In this document: positions 1-10,061 of the stretch, piece after piece
How positions within the stretch are numbered: position 1 is the stretch's first letter
How the letters are laid out: the number at the start of each line of letters is the position of its first letter
From: Oikopleura dioica
Lineage: Eukaryota; Animalia; Chordata
Direction: 5' to 3'
DNA length: 64,000 nt
Assembly (NCBI GenBank): GCA_907165135.1
Contig: OU015570.1
Span: forward strand, 2,749,929-2,813,928
Position numbers and translations under genes: made by a program
The notes under the pieces: generated by a model
What the model was told of the DNA's origin: nothing
Databases searched by the model: none
The model's input: the letters and a program-made list of their open reading frames with translations, nothing else

Positions 1-879
1 TTAGCAAACTTACTTGGGTATTTAGCAGTTAGACTGAACCAAAATGAGTCGCTACTGTATTTGCAGAAGGATTGTAATTAGCGCGCTAATCGGTTTGTGA
101 TTGTTTAGGCTTATATCTGCACAAAATTGACGGAAATGCTCAAGTTCTATTGATTTCTGTGCAAATTGAATATCAAGATAGAGATATACAGCGCAGATTT
201 TCCAAAATAAATGAAAGAAGAGAAAGAGGGAGGCGAAAAATCGCGTTGCGCGCACGCGAGAATAAATTATCGGTCATTCCGAGTTCATCGAGCACAAATT
301 TCTTAGTTTTCCCTATAACTATTAAAGCTTTTAAAAAGCTCTTTTCAACGATACGAATTTCATCGACTTCCTTTAAAAAACCTCGGAAGAGATAGACGAA
401 GAAGAAAAACTCTTGAGATTAAATTGCAGCTAAACTAGATCAGCGAGGAAGAATTAATAAACACGACTAGACTGCTTGAAAAATTTAAGAGTGATCATAA
501 AAATGAAATTTTTGAGTACGATTATTCTATCAGATTTGTGAGTCCGGGAAAAAGTGCTGAAAGCGCGCGCGTGAGGATCCTACTCTACCCTTAAGCAAAA
601 TATTGATATTATAATTCAAAAGAGACATTACAGTATATCTACAAGAAAAAATCGTATCTTCTGATCGTCACGCATAGCCTATTATAGGCTATAAGGAAGC
701 ACCTCATGGCGCTCGTCGGCGTAAAACCATCTACCTCTGCACAACATCTGTATACACAAAAGTAACTTACCTTGGGGTTAGAAAACCCAACCTAGCCTAA
801 AGAGAGCTCACTCTTGAGAACTGTGCATGACGCGGAATAAACTTATATGCTTCTAAGCTTTTTATATACAATTGTAGTA

Positions 880-1278
880 CAGTTTTTTATGGAATTTTTG
901 GACATCAAATTTTTGGACATTTTTGCTTTTTTATGGGGTTTTCTTGGGACACTTTTCAAAAGTGCCCGTATCAAATTTTTGGACATTTTCTGCGCCGTAT
1001 TTTTAAATTTTCTGTTATTTTTGCCAGATATGAAGTTTTTTCATATTAAAATCTTACTTTTTCTTTGAGAAAGATAAGATTGAAGGTTGATCTCGTACCC
1101 CTAAAACATTTTTTGTCTTTAGAAGAAGGATTAAACAAAGAATGATGGAGATTTTTCTCAAAAAAAATTTTTTAAGCGATTTGGATGGGATATTTTTTTT
1201 GGCCGCGTGTATCAAATTTATGGACATTTTCGCGAAAATCTTGGGACAAAAAATGTCCAAAAATTCCATAATTAACTG
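880..1278. mobile_element. Non-autonomous Tc1/mariner (pogo-like) MITE, 399 bp
   Basis: 26-bp TIRs CAGTTTTTTATGGAATTTTTGGACAT / ATGTCCAAAAATTCCATAATTAACTG (2 mismatches); TA on both sides (878-879, 1279-1280); internal repeats of AAATTT(T/A)TGGACATTTT. Confidence 0.75.
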
Positions 1279-2626
1279 TATGTTATATTTGAGAGCAAAG
1301 TCAAACTACAACATTTGGTGTCAGAAGTTTAAAGAAACCCAGCGCCAGTTCAATACACCAATGCAAGTTAGCGAAAACGATTGACTACAATTACATCATT
1401 TGGTATAAAAACGAAGCCACACGCCAACCAGATGCCGCCTTTCTAGAACAACTCCCTTGTGCGCCGATTTTACGACAGTTGCAAAGCGTGCAACCAAGTA
1501 TTTCTTTCTTCCTCCCACTTCTGCATTAAATATGCAGACTGCCTATTGTTGCCAGTCAGGCGGAAACCATGTCGAAAATCAGCATCGAGGATTTAGTGTG
1601 AACAAGTCGGGGTTGAGAGAGGGCCAAAAATGAGAAAAATTGAAGAAAAAGGAAGAAGAAATATTTTTTTTAAAGAATACGAAAAAAGAGACAAGTGATC
1701 TTCAGAGTAAGCAGAGCTTACCCCTTAAAGATAAGTAAAGAAAAAATATATGAAGGCGCTATTTACATGAAGACGTATATGAGCAAAGTATATAATCAAT
1801 AATTAATGAGAATAATTAATTATAAGTGAGTTGAATAAATAATAAATACTTAATGAGAATAATACACGAGAATAAATAATAAGAATTTTTTAATTATTAA
1901 TAAATATATATACTCAATTATATTATAATTAATCCGATTGTTATAATATGGTAGGATATTTGACTCGAATATTTTGTTCAGGAAGGTGAAAGATAATGAA
2001 TTAAAAATCAGAAGAAAATTGCGAGCTTGCCCGAGCGCGGGAAAATCTCGACTGAAGCACCTGCATCAGCGAAAATTTTTGTGAGGAGAAAAATTTAATA
2101 TAAATTAATCAACAGCATCTTCTGATTTGCTCAAGGGGCCTATGGCGTAACGACGAACAATGCTTTGCATAAATCTTTAAGCAGCGCGCGACCCCTCGAA
2201 ACCCATATATTTTTATATTTAAATTATATTTTATTGATTGATGAGAACCAACGCAAAATTTAAGAATTGATTAAGGAGATCATCGTTTAATTTGAAAAGC
2301 CTCGAATTATCGAAATAACGGAGAAAACTTTTGGGTATTCGGGTTTTAGAATTTTTGTGCAGTAGACCTGTTCCTGAGATACATATTGATTATGAAATTT
2401 CGAGAATTCAAAAATAAAAAAATATGGGAAAAAAATCGCTTAAAAGAATTTTCATTATTTAATTCTAAGGTGACTTAAGGGTATCGAGTAAACTAGTTTC
2501 GCGACGGGTAAACCTAATGTACGTTTATTTAACCCATATAACTATTTTTATAATATGACTCGTTGCTTCTGACTGACGATTATTGCTTAAAAAAAACGAA
2601 GAATAAGCCAACTGCATATTTTAAGA

Positions 2627-2845
2627 ATGGAAAAACCAAAACAAACATTCCCTACCGGCTTTTGGCGTCCTGCATTCGAATGCCCTTATCATGGATTAGA
2701 CATGATACTAGATAACCGACATCGCTCGGGAGACATTATATGCGGTATTTATGGACTAGTTTTAGCTGAGCGATGCCCTGCCCCAAATCTCCGCGATCCA
2801 AACAAAAGCACAGCACATGACCATGACTACGAACATTTCTCATAG
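2627..2845 (+). CDS. Small ORF (72 aa) with TFIIB-like zinc ribbon
   Basis: CPYHGLDMILDNRHRSGDIICGIYGLVLAER resembles the TFIIB N-terminal ribbon (CPxH...DxRxGDxICxxCGLV); fourth ligand C->Y; no cyclin repeats follow. Confidence 0.55.
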   Translation: MEKPKQTFPTGFWRPAFECPYHGLDMILDNRHRSGDIICGIYGLVLAERCPAPNLRDPNKSTAHDHDYEHFS

Positions 2846-3309
2846 TAATAGACGTAAAACCAATCAATGCAAATACAATAAACTTACCGTCTATACTATG
2901 TGAATGAAAATACAACCCCGGGTGGGACAAGCCCGAACCTACCAAATCCACTGTTCGGGCGTGGGTGGGTGAAAAAATAATAGATAAATAATCCGCTCTA
3001 GTGCGAGGACCGAAAGCCGCTCTACCGCTCAAGAATGTGCAAATTAATGCACCAATCGGGCGGGGGCAGGCGTGTTGTTAAAATCGGTCCGCGCTCGAGC
3101 CGGATTTTTTAGCGACTGAGGTGTTTTTCAGATTTTCGCCGCGCGAGAGGATGCTCAAGACGTTCTAGAGACACTTCCACCGAGACTCTACTGATCAGCT
3201 CCCGCGACCGTCCTTGGGCATCTACCGGCGTCGGCGTCTACTGAAACCCGATAATTCAACAGGTCTCATAGTAATAGACGTAAAACCAATCAATGCAAAT
3301 ACAATAAAC
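2838..3309. repeat. Perfect 46-bp direct repeat pair (2838-2883, 3264-3309) around a 380-bp promoter-like spacer
   Basis: TCTCATAGTAATAGACGTAAAACCAATCAATGCAAATACAATAAAC occurs twice; spacer has CCAAT (3052), GGGCGG (3058) and a GCCCGAAC/GTTCGGGC hairpin. Confidence 0.85.
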
Positions 3310-4304
3310 GTTACCTTACTTTACCATAGATTGGATATTAATGCACTCTTTATCTACGACTGCGGGTATAAACGACGATACATCCACAAGACATGTTGTA
3401 TTTTCATGACCTGTTATGACTTTAATCTTACTTACAGTGAAAACCCATTTTAAGGCCCCTTTTTGGATGACAGCGAATTTCAAAAGTGGCCTTAAAATGG
3501 ATATTTTTTGCCTTTCGTCGGATGACAACAAATTTTCCCATATTTTTGGGACAAAAATCCCCATCGAAATCTTCATGCACTTGAACCCAGCAATCTTCAA
3601 GCGATCATGGATCAACAAAGGACTACTTCAAAAGAAGAAAAGAAAACTTCAAGTATTTATTCCGATAAAGGATTCTGTGACAGCCATTACAGCAGGGCGG
3701 GCTCTCGCGGGCCTCGCCCTGTAACACAAAATTCTTCTTATTTCTTGTCGATGCAAATAGAACGTTTTCTCGCTTTCAGGTCGAGAGCAGTCTCCATTCT
3801 TAAGAATTTCCGCTATTATCAAATATTTGATTTCAGGCTTATTTGCAGGCATATGATAATTTTTGTAGTCTTTCTGCTGATTTCCTATTGAATTCCCTAC
3901 CAACCGTATTTATTGGATTCTTTGCATAAAATGTCCGTGATGTCGAAGTCTATTTTCTTTATAAGGAAGAGAATGTCCTCTTCATCGAGTCTGTAGACAG
4001 TGTAGAGCCTTTTTGCTATCTGGTTTTCTTGGAGTTCGTCGAGAAGGGCGACCTTCTCTTCGAAACCCCTTGCTTGGTCGCCCCATACTGTATGGGCCAT
4101 ACAGAGCCATCATCTTTCAGTAGCTTTGCATCATCCAAGATCTCAAAGATTCGGAGTACTTCTCGCCTGGTCAAGGTTGCGTTAACAAACCTAACTTTTA
4201 CCATTCTAAATGCATGCAAACTTTCCAAATGCCCTTTGTTGTACGATTTTGAATCAAAGTTTCCTAAGCCCAAGCGCAAGGGTCGTGAGGCCCTTACGCT
4301 TGAG

Positions 4305-4604
4305 TTAATCATCTAACTGCTTGCAGGTGCAAGGTCTTGCAATGGGAATGCCCTTTACATCAAGCTTAACCTTCTCGAGCACGAAGTCTGCATCCTCGTC
4401 CACCACTGGACCAAAGCGTGCGCAAAAGGTTACCTCGTTTAAGTTTTCGATCAGCTCTACTTTACTGAGAAAGTCAGCCCAGTGTACCTCGCTTCCCCAT
4501 CGCTGCCAAGTGATGGTACGTACTTGAGCGTGTTTGATGATGTCAAAGATCGCTTCTATTTCCCATCTTTCGAGATTCCATTTTGTGATTTTCTTGTCTG
4601 GCAT
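4305..4604 (-). pseudogene. RNase H C-terminus-like fragment of DIRS/Ngaro-type pol
   Basis: ITWQRWGSEVHWADFLSK resembles W...N..AD.LS(R/K); FGPVVD follows as in DIRS pol; no convincing RT motifs upstream. Confidence 0.35.
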
Positions 4605-5121
4605 TCTTAAATGACACTTTTAAGCGCTAAGTTGAAACGACCGATTCTTCTGGTATCAATTAACTGACTCAGGTTTCATTTGTGAGAGAATGGTCATTTG
4701 GCAGGGATGTTAACTTCTTCTAAATTGACTCCGATGGGCTCTCGCGGGCCCATCGTTCTTTAATTTCGGCCAATCGCTACTTCATGTCTGATTCCACGAG
4801 GATCGAGGCGTATGGTTCCCGAGATCTTGTTTTCCTTAAAGGTTTTCATTTTATAGCCTGACGGCATCCTTACCATTCGATGAACATCTTAAAACCAGGG
4901 TTATCAGCATAGCAGGAGATACTGTCGAAGTCTGACGACGACGCCCATTTAGAACTCATTGAAGAGCGAGCCGAGGGATTATTTTTCCCGAAATTCTTTC
5001 CGAAACAAGCGCCCATCCTGAAATGATCTAATGGTTTTAAACCGAGGTGCATTCTCGATTGAAACGATTTTAATTTGTGAGATTTTGATAACCAGTCTAT
5101 TGTCAGGAAAATTTAAAAATT

Positions 5122-6285
5122 TTATATGGCCCATTCCGAGTGTCTTTCTTCTTTCTTTTTCTTTGCCTCTTTGAAGTCCTTACAGCTTCTGGCGACTTTG
5201 TTGGCCTCGTTGTCAATACGAGAGACGAGCTCGCGAGGGCTCCTCTCTCGACACTTTTCACAAGAAAACTCCTCGGTCTGTACGGCTGTCGTAACAAGCC
5301 TTGGCTGCATCTTCAGTGTTGTTTGGACAAGTTTTTGCGAGGTATCTTGATTCTCAGGTTCGATAATAACTACGTCCGCATCGAATTTCCTCTTTTCCGG
5401 TCGTTTAATTTTGGCGTTTGCTAAGTTAGGAAGACTTGGGATCGCTCCCTCGTCTTCTTCCCTTTTTTGTTGGACTCTCGCCGCAATTAAGTAGTGTGCT
5501 CCGTATTCGCTCTCAAGCAGATGATAGCTTCTATAGATCTCGAGCATTTCCGGTGATTTCCATCTACACACGGAGATGATAAGACTGTCCTCGACCCCCG
5601 CCTCGCAAGCAGCGATGACGTAGCTGACACGCATTGAGTGCCCGCTAGGGCACTCTTCCCAATCTAACTGAGCCGCTGCTTTCCTGTAATAATAATTTAC
5701 AGTTGATGTTGTCAGGCCTCTTTTGAGGCTGGGGGCCGCGAACAGCTTCCCTTGCTTTCTGCCGTCGATTAACTTGGCCAGCCAGAGTTTGATGTTAACG
5801 GGAAAAGTCGGAAGAACTGGCAGCGAGAGGCTCTCGCGACGCCTCTTGCTAGCGTTGCTCTTCGACGTTCGGAGGGGCATTATGATGTAGAGGGCCTCCT
5901 CTTTTTGGGTAAAGGTCATATCTTCGATTCTCAACGACAAGATTTCGGCCGTTCGACCCGCTGTGTGAAAAGCCAGGATGCTCACTATCGCGACCATTTT
6001 TTCAATCTCTGAACCCATGTAGAGTCTTCTCCAAAACGGGAGGAGTTTCTTGAGCTTGAATACATTAGCCTGATGTGGTTCATATAGCGACTCCTCTGAC
6101 TGAGCTCTCATTCTTCTGGTAGTCCATGTCTTTAAGAATTGTTTTGCCGGGTGGAGGAGCGGTTTCCCTTCCTTTTCGGTGACGGCATTTTGGAGGAAGC
6201 TTCGCAGCTTCTCCCAGCCTTGTGGAGTTGAAGGATTCTTGAGTTTCAAGGACTCCAGGAATGATTGCATTATATCAGCCGTCAC
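5122..6285 (-). CDS. Tyrosine recombinase (DIRS/Ngaro/Crypton-like)
   Basis: Catalytic set R (GRTAEIL), K (RTSKS), HxxR (GHSMR), W (CRWKS), Y (MLEIY); frame extends to ATG 6423 across one in-frame TGA at 6304-6306. Confidence 0.9.
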   Translation of the reverse strand: MTADIMQSFLESLKLKNPSTPQGWEKLRSFLQNAVTEKEGKPLLHPAKQFLKTWTTRRMRAQSEESLYEPHQANVFKLKKLLPFWRRLYMGSEIEKMVAIVSILAFHTAGRTAEILSLRIEDMTFTQKEEALYIIMPLRTSKSNASKRRRESLSLPVLPTFPVNIKLWLAKLIDGRKQGKLFAAPSLKRGLTTSTVNYYYRKAAAQLDWEECPSGHSMRVSYVIAACEAGVEDSLIISVCRWKSPEMLEIYRSYHLLESEYGAHYLIAARVQQKREEDEGAIPSLPNLANAKIKRPEKRKFDADVVIIEPENQDTSQKLVQTTLKMQPRLVTTAVQTEEFSCEKCRERSPRELVSRIDNEANKVARSCKDFKEAKKKKEERHSEWAI

Positions 6286-6656
6286 TGGTGCTTTCCCTCT
6301 CTTTCAAAAGGTCGTCCACGCTCCTTCTGCCCAAGCTTTGCATTTGTCTGGTTTGATTTCATATCTGTTGATTATTGTCCCTGAAGAGCCATCATTTAGC
6401 TCGCCGAATTTTCGATGTCCCATTTGGCTTAAAAAATAACACTTAAACTACTACATGTAGATCGAATCAGTTTATAAAATTTTGGTTTTACAAAAATACA
6501 AATATCAACATAAGAATTTAAAAAACTAGATAATTGAAAGAGAGGGAACAGTTACTCAGCGTTTGATGATTTAAGATTTATAGCACTTATAATCCGCATG
6601 GGATTCTCACCCAAAAAAACAGACCCTCGCGAGTCTGTTAATTTGGGGGGTTGAAT

Positions 6657-7166
6657 TCAAGATTTGGGCTGAATATTCGCCCGCTGGCCACCTCCTCGAC
6701 CTCGGCCTCCTCGGAATCCACCTCGGCCTCTTTGATTATTGTCGAAGGAGGATTGATTGTGTCCAGCATCCCAGCCGTTGTTGTGGCTGTTGTGATAACC
6801 AGAGTTGAACTGGTTGTCGTACGACTGCCACTTGTTCTGTCCTTGGTTTCGACCTCCAGATTGGAAACCACCATTAAAGCCTTTAATCATTCAATATCTT
6901 TTACCAGTAAAACTTGATCTTACCTCCTCGACCTCCGCGACCTCGTTTGTTCTTAAGGCCCCCTCGACGAGTCTGCTTGTTTTCTTTCGCTTGGTTTTCC
7001 TTCGCCGCCAGTGCGTGTGCTCTTTTCAGATCCTCTGCGTACTCGATCTTTTTTCCGCAGTCATGGTAGCATGGTCTCGCTTGAGCTTGCGAAGGTAAGC
7101 TGTATCTTCCTGCGAGGCAAGACGGTTTTGCATAAATTTCTGCTGTCGAGCTTTTTTAGGGTCCAT
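6657..7166 (-). CDS. ORF1/Gag-like basic protein with RGG-rich C-terminus, spliced
   Basis: MDPKKARQQKF...KRAHALAAKEN...KRGRGGRG, then a 43-nt GT-AG intron (6881-6923) joins in frame to GFNGGFQSGG...RGRGGFRGGRGRGG; one frameshift in an A run near 7050. Confidence 0.55.
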
Positions 7167-8880
7167 GCTACCATGAAGAATCTTATTAAAATAATGAAAA
7201 TAAATCTTATGAAAATAAATGCCCTACTTGTCGACAGATATAATCACTGAATAATGTTTTCGAAATTCTTAAATTTCTTTGCACTGATCAATCCCGATAT
7301 TCAATGCCATAAACACAAAGCGATAGCATAAACGAATACTCAAATGTATAAAGAAATCAATTTATTTTTCTGAATAACAATTCACAAATCTTCGCCTTCC
7401 TCTGATTTGAGATTAAGCACTGTTAGTTTGTCTTTTTGAACAACTTGTTTGTGATAATTTGAATTCAACGCTGTTTTCCTCATCAAAATTGTTTTCATTT
7501 GGCCTCTTTTTTGAGTAAAGTACCCACAATCAACATGTTTTTTCTGTTGCCCGAAAAGCTCCATTTTGAAATCGTTTTCGGTAACTACAAATAATTAATC
7601 ATTTTTGTAAAAGATTGGTCTCTTACTTTCAACCTGTCGTCGAACTCCTTTTGTACCAGTTTTCTGCTTTTTGTCCTTATACTCGCCATTCAAGCTGTAG
7701 CATTTACTTGATAGACCAATAAAAGAACCCTTCGTAAACTCGTATTCCGTTTTGAATAATCTAAAATTGTCTTATCATTTTCATGAATTATAGATTAGTT
7801 ATACCCAGGAGTCTTTTGAGATTTGATTGTATTATCCGAAAACCATTTTTCATGAAATATTTTCCATTCCCTAAGTTTTTCAGGTTCAACACAGTCTTCC
7901 AAATTTTCACTCGTAAAAGCGTAGAGAATACTGTCTGTATCAGTATAACATTATCGAAATGTGCCGGGTATAAGAAGCGCCTCCAATCCATAGATAAATT
8001 GAAACATCAGCAATTTACTATTTTGTAAAACTAAAAATAAATAAAGTAAATGTAATCATTAAATTACTCCAGCAAGCAATTTGATCAAGCGCATCATCTT
8101 GGATCGTTCGATATCGACTTGTCATCTCCACAGTACTTGTTACATATTCAGTGATCATGTTCTCGATTCCTAATAGAAAGGGCCCAAGCTGGCGCTGACG
8201 TAAGCCAATCTCCTTCTCACCGACGAATTCCGTTCGCTTGTATTTGCTTTTATTCAGCCCAAGACGACCATAGAAGCTATTGAGAATGACCTTGATGACA
8301 CTTTCAGCTTCACTGTTACCATCTTCTGCATATTTTTTCTTTTCTCGACAAGATCCTGGACAAAATCGTTGAACGGACTTGTCTTATTGTAAAACATTAC
8401 TTTCTTGACATTTCTTATAATCATTCCTTGCTCGAAATAGAATTTTACCATCTCTGTTGTCAAGAGAATATCGTTCTGATTGTAAACAAGTGTGTTTACT
8501 GTCGTCGGGAATTTTGAATTTCCTCGGTATTCTGCAGGAACCATATTCGCAGTTATCTTCACCTGTGCGAAAATTGGAGGGAATTTAACTGTCGCTTTAT
8601 TCTTATCAATGACTTCTTGTGGAGAGTGAACATCACAATGAACAAAACCAAAGACTTTGTCATTTTTAATCGCATTGAGGAGATCTTCATACTCAATTTG
8701 CTAAGAGAAGAGAAAAGGATAAGAGTCAGGGCCTTCTATTCCAAAGTATTCTTTTCGCTGTTCCATCCACTCGCAAGATTAGATTGTATAGTATTTTGTT
8801 AATTTTTTATTAAGGAAGCTTGTTCTTTGCTGGTCTCTGAAGTTAGAAACGCTGGAATGAAGTCTCGTAGAACAATATGG

Positions 8881-10061
8881 TATCTTCTTATCAATATTTG
8901 CGGCTGTCTTTATCGAGCTTATTTTGAAGGGTACGCGCGTGATGTCGAAAAATATATCGCCTCGGCGGCGTATATTCCAAACCAGACGGATTTTTTTGGA
9001 TGGAAAAGGTTCAAAAAATTTCTTTTTTCATTAAAAATCTGATATTTATTTCATATAAAAATATTGTTTGGTTTTTATCGCCCAGACTTTTGGGCTCAAA
9101 AATTTAAATCGTGACACTCTTAGTTATATTTACAGAAATAGAATTAAAATATCAAGAAAATCTATTCCTCGGTCTTCGATTAAAAATGAACCACAAAAAG
9201 ACAGGTTTACACGCTGCCTGCGCTGGATGTCATCTCTATTTACGGGCTGTCAAAGACTCGTGTTTTTTCTTCTTTTATCGAATGTGTTTTTGACCTCGGC
9301 CAAGATCATCCAAATCCTGCTGAATAAAGGCGAAGATCCAACGATTGAGGACAAGCGGGGAAACTCGCCGCTGCAGCTGTTTGTCAAGTGGAACGCCATC
9401 AGTATTGACATGATCGACGATTATAGGTGGGAAAAGAGCGTCGCCGAGTAAACACAGCTAGATTCGCGCATGTTTTACTTCCTGCGTAAAAATTTGTTCA
9501 GGCGGGTTCTGCGGATTTATCTCGAATGCCTGGAGAAAAAATATGGAAGCAAGGCGATCGACAAAATTTACAGCAACGGAAACGCTTGTCTCCATACAGC
9601 AAGTGAGTTTCTTCGGAGCGATACAGTTCTTCGAATATTTTGAATGCTTTGAATTTGAAAGATTGACAAGTCCCGGAAATACCAAAGTCGCCGATAAATA
9701 ACTACGGGAGACACTTAATTGCATTGGGCAAATAGCGCACACTTCCGTTATCGAGGATTTACTGTTGACTTTGGACTTACTTAGTTTTTTTTTTCGAGAG
9801 TCAGATGGATCAATACAGATTGCAATATCTTCTTATCAGATAATCATTTTCAGCTTTAAATTTGGCAGAAACTGTCTGGTTGCTCTTATGAAGAAAAACG
9901 CTCTAGAATCCCTCCTAATTAATTTTTCAGTCATTTTCGCCGAACATACGACAGTAGAACTACTACTCAAATCTGGCGCAGACATCAACCTCATGAACAA
10001 AAAACACGACAGCGCTTTGATGCTTGTAAAAGATCTCAAAACAAAGAATCCCAAAAAATAA
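8881..10061 (+). pseudogene. Ankyrin-repeat gene fragment inserted antisense within polB
   Basis: KTGLHAAC, IIQILLNKGEDPTIEDKRGNSPLQ, GNACLHTA, GDT*LHWA, VELLLKSGADINLMNKKHDSALM; polB stops at GCRWH (10061) and resumes at PYCS (8880). Confidence 0.75.

Noticed and set aside
581-2490. TTAAGGGTA-type ends at 581-594 and 2475-2490 (also 60437-60575)
   Set aside because: The first pair faces outward and no matching partner ends were found; the third has poor TIR match
2839-3314. The 46-bp repeats read as two near-identical 49/50-nt introns on the minus strand (GTAAG/GTAAC...GAG)
   Set aside because: The DNA between them has no coherent reading frame and looks promoter-like; the terminal-repeat reading fits better, though not excluded
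4870-5052. CYADN as a degenerate RT YxDD motif
   Set aside because: No supporting RT motifs A/B and too little space; could equally be an RNase H DN motif
8881-10061. Ankyrin insert as a Helitron or large intron
   Set aside because: No TC...CTRR ends and no GT/GA-AG boundaries at the polB breakpoints
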